A stretch of 53,382 nucleotides of DNA, counting the filler, from Bipalium vagum (Eukaryota), in NCBI GenBank assembly GCA_037834085.1. It is 3 parts of 3 records of this genome, joined end to end, with 100 filler letters (N's around TTAATTAATTAA, not from the genome) between each part and the next. Parts side by side here need not be neighbours in the genome. Positions count along the whole stretch, not along the records: positions 21,011 to 37,115 come from JBBMKC010126937.1; positions 37,216 to 53,382 come from JBBMKC010123885.1; 1 more part is not named here. The stretch is one strand, 5' to 3'. Of this stretch, positions 35,927-49,400 are shown piece by piece. Each line of letters begins with the position of its first letter. The stretch's first letter is position 1. The notes under the pieces are model-generated. The model was not told where the DNA came from. It did no database searches and saw nothing but the letters and a program-made list of their open reading frames with translations. The translations under genes and the position numbers were made by a program.

Positions 35927-37115
35927 TTGAATATATTATTTAAATACGATGTCTGCTCTTGAGGATGTCTTAATTGATGAATGTTTGGACAAGTTAAATC
36001 AATTTCATTGCGAAAAATTTATTATTACTAAAATTAAATTATATAATCCACACTCAAAAATTTTTTAAAAAGCTGTTGCAATTGTTGAACACATTGATGT
36101 GTTGATTACACCACCAAAACACAGGGAACCGAATTTTTATCCGAGAGCCCTTGAAATTAAGTTACCAAAGGTTGTTCCATCTTATCTTAAGTAAACCATC
36201 TTCTCCGAGTTATAACTTAAATTTAAGTTGTAAATAAAAACATCATTGTTCTTCGTTTAAAATTTGTTTACAGTGTGTGATTTAATTTTTCGATTCAGTG
36301 TTTCATAATCGATTTCTTGTTAAATATGAAAATTTTTAATTTACAACGCTTTATTTAAGTTACGACACATTATACATATCATAAAATTATTTTTCTTCTT
36401 CAATTTGAATTCCAATAACTTCACATCTTTGATTGTTTTACTGTCTTTAATTTTGTTTTTTTACGAATTCATCAGACCCAGAGTGGAATTAGTATACCAT
36501 TAGTGAGGATATCAGAGTATTCTGTCAATGGAGATCAATCAAATAGTTTCTGATTGCGTTTCAACTGGAATTCAACCAATCTTCTAGACTAGCATGAAAA
36601 TATCAACAGGTTAGTTCATTAAGCATTGTTCTTGATGATTCCACTACATGGCATCACATTAAGTGGTTAAAAGACTTCTTTAGAATTTGACTCAGCACCC
36701 TGATCAGGCATCAGAAGGTATTTATCTGCCAATACACTGTGTCTTCCAAGTGATTACATAATCCAATTGACAGAGGGGATTCCTGGAAGAATACATGGAA
36801 CTGATTGTTCCCGCGGCTTCACTCAGATTGCTTCAAGCAGCCTCCATTTTCTTACAATAAAATACAATCACTGATCTTCAATCCATTGTATGATGGAATT
36901 CATGGAAGTGTTCAATATTTAGGGTATCAAATTTAATTTGACTCCAAAATCTTAGGTGGTGCAAATCAAAACAATCAGTAAAGCAACACGTGTATTTATA
37001 CCACACTAAAATACAATACAATACACTAAAATTCAAAAAGATAATGCACAGGCTTGGGATCACAATAAACTGTCTGAAATGTTCCACAAATCTTACACTA
37101 TCTGATCACAACACA

Positions 37116-37215
37116 NNNNNNNNNNNNNNNNNNNNNNNNNNNNNNNNNNNNNNNNNNNNTTAATTAATTAANNNNNNNNNNNNNNNNNNNNNNNNNNNNN
37201 NNNNNNNNNNNNNNN
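37116..37215. other. 100-nt assembly spacer with six-frame-stop linker (N44-TTAATTAATTAA-N44)
   Basis: Directly visible; same construct as 20911-21010. Confidence 0.97.
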
Positions 37216-38599
37216 AACTTTTATCGGGGAAAAATTATCTATTTCTTTTGATATATCATGAGAAGTGCTAGCCTTGTAATGTTTGCTAAAAAATTCATAC
37301 AAGATTGTACAAAAATTGTTCAAAATGTTTAAAAATGTTCTCTTATTGTGGTGATGCAAGACTTTTTACCATCACTGTATAATAAAAATTAATTTAATTA
37401 AATTTTTTAAAAATGTGATTTTTGTTATATATTATGTAATAAAAAACTGGGGATCTACTATAGTATAGCCTTTTTCTGTAATGCAATAAGAGAAACGTAG
37501 TTCTGAAACTGTAAAAAATGATTGAAGAAAATAATTCTTCTAGATCAAGATTGCAGGAAAATAAAAAAATGGAAGCATTAACTATAGTAAAAAAAAACTA
37601 TAAATAATATTGTAGTTCAAAATTAATTGATTTTATTTTTTAAATGATCGATAATTTTATTGATTGCTAAATTTTAAAAGCTTATTTACACTTCAATAAG
37701 TCTACTATTTTACTCACGCTACCAGCAACAATCAAATCTATTTTCTTCATTTCGTTCTAGCTGAAATCAAATTTTCAAAGAATATTCAGTGTAAGATTCA
37801 AGATATTTGAGATATTTTAATCAAAATACAATACACAATATTCTTGAAACTCATAAATTTCTTTTAATATCTTTTAAAGTATTTTTTTAATTTTAAAAAT
37901 GTCATAACTGATTTAAATAAACAACTAAATAACCTTTGGCATTTAAATCAAATTTCAATTATATTATTATTATTTATTTATTATTATTATTCATGATACG
38001 ACTATTAAAATTTGTTATTTTTAAGATATTTCATAATTTTTAAATTTTACTTAAAGTTCACATTATCTGTGATTTCACAAATAATGGGATATTGGTTTAT
38101 TTAGTAATTAATAATTTAATTTAACTTTTATTTTTAATATTTTTACAATCTATTTATATTATAATACATATTTATTAAAAATCGATAATTATTAAATTTA
38201 GTGCAACTCCAACATAATTCAATTTCTTATATATTTATGATAAAAAAATATACTGTAAATCACAAAAAATTGTTTTTAGCGCAAAAACATAGTCAAAGTC
38301 ATTTTCATTGTCTATTTGTCTTTTAGATTATCTTGTTTGATTCTTCGTATTTTTTATTTTCTACAATTATTGATTTTAATAATTTCCACAATACCATTGA
38401 ACGATTATAAATCTTGAAAACATAACTTTCGAAATAATGTTGAGTAACATGAAATCTCGGTTTTATCATGACTATGAAAATGATGTTTGAAATGAATAAA
38501 AATTTTAGATAATTTAATTATTCGGTGTTGATTTGAAATACAGTGAGTTCTGTGTAATTTGGCTATTTTATTTCAGCGAAATCTTTATTTTTATATGTA

Positions 38600-39430
38600 A
38601 CTGTAATTTTGTAATTGTTAATATAATGGTGTCAAAAAAGAAATTCAAATGTATTTTTTTATGAATTCTACCTGAGAAATAATGAACCCCGGTAATACAC
38701 ATACCACTAATAATGTGTACATATTATTTAAAGCACCGTTTGTAGAGAGGGTTAGAAAATCTTTTTCGGAACTCTAGGAAAAAAACTGCACTTGAAAAGG
38801 CAACTGCTGAAGATGATGGTTCTCACACTTTTTTAGAGCTCAAAGTAATCCAGAGAACTATTGGCAACCATCAGAAATATCAAGACGCTCGGAAAATATG
38901 CATTCCATTAGTTTAACCATAAACAGTTGCTACAAAGATTTACAGGTTTCACATTTTGAGATATAAAATAGCAGGCTTTCTGGGAATTGTAACATGCGTA
39001 CAAAGATTGATCGAGATAAGAATACATAATATATATTGAAATATTCTTAACATGTTCAAAGACTTTAAATCACGGTATGGTTTTATGTCATAAAACAAAT
39101 TATATGCGAAAATTTGAAGACAAAAAATTGATCATGCTTTAATTAATAGACATTGGATATTTCATGGAAATAACAATTCCAAGTAAAGCATTGGAAAAAC
39201 AATCGTGAAAAAATTAAAGAACTTGATATAAAGAAATCTTACAACGTCCGTCCAACATATGAATCTGATCTATCGATAACAGATTGCTACATCTTTTAAA
39301 CACCACACACATAACATATGTCTTTAGTAATCTATGCGAATATAAGAGATCTTTTTCAATTTTCATAGAATAATTGCAGATCAAAAATTCTTCAAAAATA
39401 GTATTTTTCGTCGAAAATACCCTCTCCAGT
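38600..39430 (+). mobile_element. Highly degenerate mariner element
   Basis: Mariner-like N-terminus (..FFYEF..), LKELDI and PTYESDLSITDCYIF (YSPDLSPTDYHLF remnant). Confidence 0.6.
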
Positions 39431-39762
39431 AAAATTTTACTTAATTTGAATAATAATAATAATACAGGGTAATATTAAAGTAATACTAAAATCTAAAAAT
39501 AAGGCTAAAATGATACAGATTAATTGGAAATTAAATTTTTATTAAAGCTAACCTGTAACTTATACATGACAATCTTGAAATTCTACAAGCAATGCAACAT
39601 TTACTCATTAAAATTTAATTTTGTTCAACATTTGTGCATTTAATTCAATAAAGTTTTAAATTTTATTTACACCTTGTAAATGATGATCTAATTTTGATTT
39701 CATCAATAACATGAATTAATATTTGAGTTATTCGTGTTTGCCTTCAATATTTTCAATATATA

Positions 39763-39956
39763 CAAGGTTCGGTCAATAATTAATGCACAATAATCCAAAA
39801 TAAATCAAACGATGTAATTTATCAGTTTAATATTTTCTTATAAATTAATCTATGCTCTTTCATAATCTATAATCATAATTAATCCATTTATTTGAATTTT
39901 GTAGATATGGAGTCAGATTTATTAAATATTGTGCATTACTTATTGACCGAACCTTG
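39763..39956. mobile_element. 194-bp Tc1/mariner-type MITE with ~30-bp TIRs and TA duplication
   Basis: Left TA-CAAGGTTCGGTCAATAATTAATGCACAATA; right reverse complement CAAGGTTCGGTCAATAAGTAATGCACAATA (one mismatch), followed by TA; AT-rich non-coding interior. Confidence 0.9.
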
Positions 39957-39988
39957 TATTATATGTAAAAATTGTTTTTACGATTATA

Positions 39989-40070
39989 AAGTGCAACTTC
40001 TATTATAGAAATGATCCATTTCAGAAATTGTTCCAAAATAGAAGTTACCACATAGATAATAGAAATTACC
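39989..40070. repeat. Second copy of the pogo/Tigger-like terminus seen at 13726
   Basis: Shares GTGCAACTTCTATT...CCAAAATAGAAGTT with 13726-13800. Confidence 0.6.
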
Positions 40071-41329
40071 ACATCAAGTCAACAAAATAAATCGAATTTT
40101 TATTAAATTTATTGAAAGATCGACTTTTGGCAAAAGTTTATTTAAATAGAAAATGATTTCTATGAGAATTCAAATTTATCACAACTTCCAAAATATTTCA
40201 ATTTTAAATTTTCCTCATTCCAAAAAATTTTGCAAGTTTAATATAATAATATTATTAGTGTGAGAAAACAATTATGAATCAATGTAATAATAAAAATGAA
40301 ATCGAATGTTAAATAAATTTTTAAATAAAGAATTGATATTATTATGAATGATAAAAAAATTAATAGTGCTCATATTATTATTTTAAAGTTCTAATCTGGT
40401 CGTAATAAAATTAAATTATACATACCATATTTGTCTTCTAATAAAGCTAAGTCTGCATCAATATATATAATATTCCTAATTATTATTATTTATTATTTAT
40501 TTATTATTATGACTTCTTAAGATACTTTTAAAATTCCAATAAACCAATTACTGGTTAATTTCTACTTAATAAATATAAATATTGATTAATTATCTTATAG
40601 TGTTATTTTTTTACATTGAGAAAGTAAAATATTAAGAATAAAATATAATAAAAATAATTTAATTTGCCAAAAATATTTAACTGATACTGATCAAATATTT
40701 TTTAATTTAATTTCTGTTTTGAAAGACAAAAATTAAATAAAAGATTTTTTAATTTCAATCTTTATTTTATAATTTCCAGTTTTAAAGACAAGTAAGCTAT
40801 GAACAGTGACGGATTTGATTTATTATTATTCTGGAATTATACTGTTTTTAAAATTATTGATTTTATTATAATTAATGATTATCGATTATATTTAATGTGT
40901 TCACTGCACCACGAAGTTATATGCCAGAAAATGCGTTTTGCAAAGACGACAGATTACAAGATCATCAAGAAATAATTTTCAATAAGGATGATAATTATCT
41001 ATGACAATTTTACCATGAAGTTTTATGTGTTATACTTCTCTTGATTTGTTAGGTTGGTTTTAAAATAAATTAGTTTGTTTCATAAGTAATTTTCTGTAAT
41101 CTCTTCTGTATATTTGTTGTTTTTCGAATGAAAAAATTAATTTACCAAATTTTAAATACTATGCATCATATTATTATAACCACCACATTTTTTCATGTTT
41201 TTTCAATTTATATTAACTATATATAAGTAATTTATCTATTTTTGTGAAAAATTTTCTTGTCGATCATAAGTTTAGCGTAAAAAATAAATAAAATTAAAAC
41301 TTTAAATAGCTGTAATTAAAAATTAGCAA

Positions 41330-41680
41330 TATTTTCAACTAATAGGACGTATGGCCTCCTTTCGCATCATTCACTTACTGCAAACGCTTGGACATAATGT
41401 CAATAGATCTGTGGATCATCTCATAAAATTTTAATTGTGAAACCAGATACTGTGGATGAGATCCTTCTTCGTTCTGAGTCATCTCGCGCAGATTACTCTT
41501 CATAATTCTCAAGATATTTTCAATTGGGTTCCCTGGCCAGGGCAGGACATTGACTTGTTGGAAGAAAAAAAATTCTACACAATTAACTCGTTTATGAACA
41601 ACATTGTTGTACATAATCCATTTCTCATCACCAGTTATCAGTCGACCGAAAAAGCCTCATATTTGTACCACACCCAATAG
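41330..41680 (-). mobile_element. Tc1 (DD34E) 3' remnant
   Basis: VNVLPWPG-NPIENILRIMK (SPDL deleted) and terminal AKGGHTSY*. Confidence 0.75.
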
Positions 41681-44600
41681 AATAAATTTAATTTCTTAAC
41701 AGTTCCCTACTTTAACAATAAATAAGATTGTGATGATCTACAATTTTTTTCTTTATTTTGAGATCTTGATGTCATTTCAGTAATATGTTTTTTAATTAAC
41801 ATTTATTCATGTTCCAAACGAATATTTTCCAATTTTAGTCTGTAACACATGATCAATATTTTGAGGTTCGAACCTTCTCTTTTCATTTTTACTTCTTTCA
41901 TTCAAACAATAGAAAAATAAAGAGCTGGCTATTTTAATATTATTTTTTTATTTTAATTATTAAAAGTAATTTAAAGTTAATTAATTACATTTTAAAATTA
42001 GAATTAAAAATAATGGTTTAAGAGCAACTGATTATTATTTTTTATTTTTTCTAAAAATTTTAAAAATTGAATATTTTTGGAAATATTTATTTAAACTAAG
42101 TACACGTCATGATTGACAGCTTAACTGTCCAATTAGAGACGTCAAATTACAATAAAAATTAATATATAAGCCAGCGTAAAATCATTATTTTTCACCCAGA
42201 AAATTGCCAAGAATAAAACGATGTTTTGTTTTGGTAATTTTAATTGGCCTGGCTAGGGTTTCCCTAGCACAGCATTGTGAGTGATTGTTTAGTGATTGGG
42301 GGTTTGAGTGATTGAGGGTTTGTTTGAGTGTCTGACTGCTTGTGTATCAGATTGTTTGCTTGTTAAGCGTTTGTTGTTTCTTACCCTCAATTCAATTAAT
42401 AATGTTTATAGGTCGTTTTGTAGTTTTGTTTTACGAGCTTGAGTACCCCATAGCAACCTCAGGTATGTTAGATACTCTATGGAGAAAGAGTTGCGCCAAC
42501 AAATAAAAACATGTCCGGTATCCAGAAGATTAATCATCTTTCAATATCTAATTCTCCTTTCGAATGTATGTTTGAAGAATTTTAATTATTAAATAGCATC
42601 AGATCACTTTTAAAAAATTAAACAATGTTTAATATATAAACTTAAGGTTACCTCGTTTAATGTGTTTTAATCCTTAATTTTATATTAATTTTTTGCCTTT
42701 TTATCATTAAATTTTATGCAATGATTTAAGAATATTTCATACATACACTAAATTATGTAGATAACATGAACAGGAAATTGAAATTACATTTACAAGAACC
42801 GATATTGATAAAGAATTCATAAAATCAATAATTTCTTAAAATACTTTAAAAATCGATAATCGATAAATTTTAAAACTATCAAGACATTGTAAAAAAGATA
42901 TTTTCATTTTATTCAATCATTAGGTTTTATTCAAATGAAATTATGGATTTTTTATATCAAATTTCAAATTAAAATTTTTCAATAAGTTTTAAATAAAATA
43001 TTTGTAAATACAGGGTGGTCATCCGAAAACCGGGAAATTTTTTAAAAAATTATATTTATAACAAATATACATGAATTTCATAAATTTTCAAAATGTATAT
43101 CAAATTAAAGAGGGATTTTCAAAATTTAATAACAATTTAAAAGCATACATTAATTTAAAAAAAAATGCTGTCTGCGTCTGCACATAATTTAAAAACAAAT
43201 TAGGATATGCATATTGTATGAATTCAACCCAAACCGAAATGCATCCCAAGTAAACCTAAATATTAATGCTGCAAGGGTGATGATAGTGTAAGTGAACGAA
43301 CAACACAGATGTGATTCAATATGTTTCGTGACATACCTTAGTATCATAAGCAAAGACCGAAAAACGGTTTCTCTCCCAAATAAAGACCAATTGAAGTCAG
43401 CTGTTGAAGAAGGTACTCAGATAATAGTGAAAAAATGGTTAAGATGATAATATTTCCAAATTCAACATTTCCAATCATCTCAAAGCTCTTCGAAAGGATT
43501 AAAAAATTATTTATTTAATATTGAAAATCCGCAATTTCATACTGGACAACCTAATATTATTCTATATGTATATAAATATAAATTTTTTAATATTAAAAAT
43601 ATTGAGATAATTTCATTCATTATCGTATTATAATATTATATATTATATATATTATTAGAAATATTTACTGAAACTTCCTAACCAATGCTCAGTATTAAAA
43701 TATCATAATGTGACCCAACACCCTATAAAAGATTAAATAGGAAATATTTACTCATATCCTAGCAAAACCTCATGACCTTATAATCCCGAACTGAAAACAT
43801 CATGACATGCACCTTAAACACATTTGCCTTTCAATATATGATGTATAAAGAGATCGCTCCAAACAACGAGTACAGCCTGTGGTGTTGTCCTATCCAAGTA
43901 GGTTAAACCGACACCTTAAAAATCGTCAAATCCGGCGAAACTTGCCGAACAACTACACCGTATATAGAAAATATTTATATGAGGTATCAAGAATTTCTTT
44001 GTTTGCACCAGCATACAAAATAACTATTTAGAAAGTTTCTGTTTCATAGTTAAGATTTAGTATGTGAATCTATTTCTCATTAAAATGTTTAAAAAGTACT
44101 GTTTTATGACTAATATTGACAACTACTTTTTATATTTTCTTGTTGAAATAATAAATCTTATTATTGTATATTATTTCATTTTCCTACAAGTTTACCATAG
44201 AATCTAATCATATTAAAAGATATCGAGTCAGATTAGCTGTGCTTGTTTAATTTTAAAACAAATAAATATGAAATATTAATAAAGCAGTTTTTAACTGTAA
44301 TATCACATACTAGTACGTTAAACCATACTATTTTGTACATAAACCAACGCTACTTCAATATTTTTAATACAAAAATTGTCCAAGATTAATTGTAATTTCT
44401 TTAATTGGTAATTTTATTTTCTGACTGATCAGAATATTGACTAACATACTTGAAGAGAAGTAATTTATTAATGTTTGATTGCGTTTGTTGAGGTGTTGAG
44501 TACCAGAAATGTACCCTATGATTTGTAACTTTTAATTAATTAATGAATGATCCTAATTTTTTGTTTTTAACAAACTCTATAGACATAAGTCAACAGTAAC

Positions 44601-45399
44601 CTCAAGGTTAAGATAAAGTATGATAGTAGCTTCACAAATATATGCATAACATTTTAAATGAATTTTTTGTTTTCTTAAATGCGTACTTATTTCTTTGGTT
44701 TACCAAAGAAAACATTTCGAAATGACGTGATTGTGAGACGAATCCGCACTAAAGTCTGAATAATAACTATAAAAATCATGTTTTGAACCAATACATTTGT
44801 AGAAACACCACCACGATGATCCACCAATGGATGATGATGAAGCAAGTGACTTCAAGCTCGCTGCTGGATCAGAGCTCACTCTTCAAATCATCATTGAAAG
44901 AGAAGGAAGAGTCTTGTTTTGCATTAATGTCTAATTATTAATTTTATCATGCTACTTATCCCTTTCTTATTAATTTATTTATTTTCTATTATTGTGAGAT
45001 TTTTATTATTTTTAATTACAATTTTTATTGCGTGACTTTTTCTTTGTAAGTATATACCTTTTTATTACTTTTTTTGTTTATTTATTATTGGTTTGTTAAT
45101 ACAATATTTTCTTTCAAGTCTTTTATTTTATTATTTTATTTATAATTACTAAATTTCTTTCCTTTTTATTGCAGTATTTTTTTAAATCCCATCTTAATTT
45201 ATGGTTTATCGTGATTACATACATTTATCGAACACAGATGGACTTATATCCAGTAAATTCACCAGATATTGATTACCAATTTACAACTTTAAAGTTTTAA
45301 AAATTCAAAAATGTAACAATTTTTTAGTTCCGCTATTTTATACAACATTACATTATCCCTTGCATACTTTTAATTAAAAAAGACCATCATCTCATTCCG

Positions 45400-45730
45400 T
45401 ATTGCCCATACTGATGATTCCATCTGTGTTTAAGGATCTCATAGCATTCATCACATCCACTTTTCATCACCAGTTACAATTCGATGTAAAAAAGAGTGAT
45501 TTTCTGTTAAAACAGTTAACGAAAGCTTTTATGCTTTTCTTACTGACCATTTCAGTCTATTCATGTTGTAATCATTCTCATTAGTTTTCGGAGCACTTCT
45601 AACGCATTCAAAACCTTACAAACAAAATCTTATCAACATTCAAATTTTGAATCAAATCTTTACTCAGCTGATGTTGACTTCAATGATTAATGCCTCTACC
45701 TCTCTATCCTTCAACATCTAAGTTATTTTT
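45400..45730 (-). mobile_element. Mariner fragment downstream of the GALNT exons
   Basis: Minus-strand LHRIVTGDEKWM motif at ~45455-45490. Confidence 0.7.
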
Positions 45731-45959
45731 CATATATAAATTATTTACTGCATGCTGGCTTAGATAGACAATATTCGTAGCCAACACCCTGCTCTTTGTT
45801 AATCAATCATTTTGTGCTACGTTTCCCCTAAATGATGCTTTGTTAGTATTTTGAAATTTGCGTTTATTATTTTAAAATAAAAATTTTTAAAATGATAAAA
45901 CTACTAATTTTATACTTAAGTTGTACAGTAAAGAAATAAAAACAAAAACAAAAAATAAC

Positions 45960-46442
45960 CTCATAAAAAAATTTCTTATCCATCGCGAAAAGACCGCCAG
46001 AAATTGTTGGAGTATGAAGTGGCTGTGATCGATCATTTTTTCTTCGAAGATCTTCTCTAACTGGCACAGGATTCCACTTAAAGCTCATTTTCCAATTAAA
46101 TCCGCCCCAAGTCATGTCTGACACTATATTTTTAGATAAAACACAATTGTCCCTATCTAATGTAACCACCTGTGCTATATTCGAAGTTTTCATCGCTTAT
46201 TATGTCGATAATTGGAGCGATTACAGTTTTACGGTCCTTTTTTATTTCAAACAATAGCGGCTCAAGCCATCCGATTGTGACTTCACAATGCGCATCGAGA
46301 AATAAAACTGTCTCTCCAGTTGACTTTGCTACACCGTGAAGTCGCGCTCGAATAAGACCGGTTCTGGATGGCATTTTAAACAGACGTACTGTAGTTCCAG
46401 TTATATTCCCAACATATTTCTTCAGCGGGTCTTTCAAATGGT
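45960..46442 (-). CDS. GALNT: Polypeptide N-acetylgalactosaminyltransferase (GALNT1/13-like), two internal exons join(46442-46170, 46123-45960); partial
   Basis: [18 protein letters not shown] (DxH metal-binding motif), [23 protein letters not shown] and [12 protein letters not shown]; splice sites tctcag|AC, ACAG|gtggtt..tatag|TG and GAG|gttatt keep the frame. Confidence 0.92.
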
Positions 46443-49400
46443 CTGAGACATGGTCAATTGAAAATGTCGATTTAATCGAAATCTCATTAAGTATTTAATT
46501 TTGTTTAAGTAAATATTTTATAAAATAAAAATTCTTTTTAATCAATATTTATTTTGTGATGCGCTAAATAAGTGAGAATAAAAAAGAAATAACTGTGAAA
46601 ACTTCAATGTATTTTAACAAGTTAGATAATGCGTGTCAGTATATTAGAAATCAATTCATCAATAACACCAATTACTTGTCATTATTATTTCTCAATATAT
46701 CCAATACTGTTGTTGACACACTTATTCAACCATTTAACCAGTTTATCAAAAACCGCACTGAAGAAATCATGTATCTATGTATTTTATATCGTTAAACATA
46801 TCAAATTAACTGTTTATATTTCTTGGATGTTATTTTGAAATTATTAACTTTGTATAAATCGGACGAAGCGAGATCAAAAGATCGAACCCACAATAATCAA
46901 TTGTGCAACGCGATGCTGCAGTTTGGAGAATTAAGGCCTTTTATTTTGAAGATATCTTAACTTAGAATTTCCAGATTTTCCTCGTTTTTTCTAACCTTAT
47001 TTGATCCATTCATAATGCTCGATATTTATATTTTTAAAAATCTCTCAGCATTACTCATAAATGGGACACTGACGTAATCCCAAAATACTGGATATCGAAA
47101 TCTGACATGATTTTCCAGCTATCAGTAGTAAGATAGAAAATTTCCACTAGAAAATTTCCACTCCGTATAATTCTTTTCAGATTAAAGTCTAACTAAATAT
47201 GGCTTTGTCCACATTATCACATTAATTTCATAATCTTATTGATCTATTCACAATAATACTCGCTATTTATCTTCACACATCTATTAGCATACATTGTAAG
47301 TGTAAATCTGCAATCTGTAAATTAAAATTTATTTAATCAACAGTTATTGTATTATTTTGTTGAACTTATCTCCACGATGATTGAAATATTCAAAATTTAC
47401 TAAATTAGAAAGTGATTAAAATCATTAAGAAATTATGGATATATCTGGGACACAATTTTCTAAAAATAAGAATATAATAGATTCTCAGATTGCTTTGATT
47501 ACATTTAACCTGGTGGATAGTCAGATTTTTTATTTTCTTGCTATTTTCAAAAACGTCTTCGATTTCACAAGAACGTCCTAATTTTTCCTCATCCAAAACA
47601 TGTGCTCTCTCAGATCTATTAAATGGATTTGTTGGAAAATTATATCCTGATTTTCATCTATATTTTTCAAATAGAAATCCTTCTCAAAATCAAAAATTTA
47701 ATAACGTTTCGATATTCAACTGCATCAAATATTGAAATTTCAGGTCAATGTTATAGAAACAATTGATCAATTAAAACAAATGATATTTTATTTATCTACA
47801 TTGTGTTATGCATAAATATAAAGAACTCCTTAAATTTAGGTTGCTTTTTTATTTTTTCTCACTACTTATTGGTGATACCAAAGTATGTGAAAAAAATTAT
47901 TTAGTATCATTTCATTTATTAATTATTTTATTATAAACTAGTTAAAGTTTTATTTTTAATAATTATTATTATAATCATTAAAAGTAATAATAATAATTAA
48001 TTAATTAATTTCTAATTAATTGAAAAACAAGAGGAAAAACTCTGACCTCCATCAGTGGCATAATGTAAGGCAATCTGAAAGAGATTTCGATTCAGGAGTG
48101 GCTGCTCAAGACAAAATGAATTACAAATCGCAGGACCTCTGAGTACTCATCCATATTTAGACTCACAGAGGTACCTAAGACAGAAATAAGTGAGACCTAA
48201 ATAAAAGAACTAGATCAACTGCAACTATTGAGAATTAACGTTAGAGTTGAAATAGTATTAAAGTTGAACAGAACTATTGAGATATAGGGTTATAACCAGC
48301 TTGATTATTGGTATTTTTATGTTCAATTACAATTTAGTTGGAGAAAAAATTCAAGAACAAAATTCGATCAATTTTAAGAACTTAATCACGGAAGTACTTT
48401 TGATAGGCAAAACTTAAGACTCTTGTTTAATATTTTATAAAGCTCAGAAATGGAACAAAATTCATGTCAAAACGACAGGAATTGAAAAGGTAAAGACAGG
48501 AATATTAGTTTCCAGCAATTAAAACCGAAAATAATCCATTTTAGACGGAGTTTTAAAGATATCAAGAATAAACTGAAAATGATTGTTACAAAATGTTTCA
48601 CGTTAAATCTTTACTAGATTTGTAGTAAAAATTGGTTTTCAAGTGAAATATACTATAATTTAAAACTTTTTTAACAATATGTAGACATTTCTGAGACAAT
48701 GAAACCCAATTTATCAACCAAATCAATTTCATTTTATTTGATGGTAACCTATATTTATAAAACTGTCGAGACTCAAGAAATATTAACAATTTTGATGAGA
48801 CAATTTTTATTCTGATCTTGATGTGATTACAATTTTATTTTAATAAAAAATAAGAAATCCTAAAAGAATAAAATTAAAGCCCTAACAATTATTAATATTA
48901 TTATAATTGTTGTTATTATTATTATTATTATTATTATTGGTAATAAATTATATTACGAAAATAAAAATATATAAGAAAAAAAAATTATATAAAAAATAAA
49001 ATTAGAAGTAAAAAGGTTTCTAAAAAAGAAATCTAACAAAAAATATAATACAAATATAAATAAAGAAATAATTTATAAAAAATTAAAATAGAAAAAAAAA
49101 GCATAGAAATAAAAAGGACATTAAAAATTATAATATATAAGGTTAATCAAAAAACGAACACATTACAAAAAAATTTTAAACATAACAAAATCACGTACCT
49201 TCCACCTGATAGACAAAGTTCAAAAAATTCCGTGCATAAATAGTAATTAAATTCCAAACATACAAACAAAATAAATAAACGAAGACGTGATTGTAACCAA
49301 AAACAAAAGCGCAAATTTGACAAAGGTGTCATCATAGACGCAGGATCAACATCTACCAATTTAAAGCTTTTTGATACAGTAATTTTTAATTATTATTATT

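Noticed and set aside
7744-46442. GPCR, BMP-type receptor and GALNT as a functional gene cluster
   Set aside because: They are separated by artificial spacers, and proximity in animal genomes does not imply shared function.
46755-46895. CTGAAGA...GGACGAAGC resembling a hammerhead ribozyme core (other CTGATGA sites also inspected)
   Set aside because: I could not build the required stems or a correctly placed GAAA/cleavage triplet.
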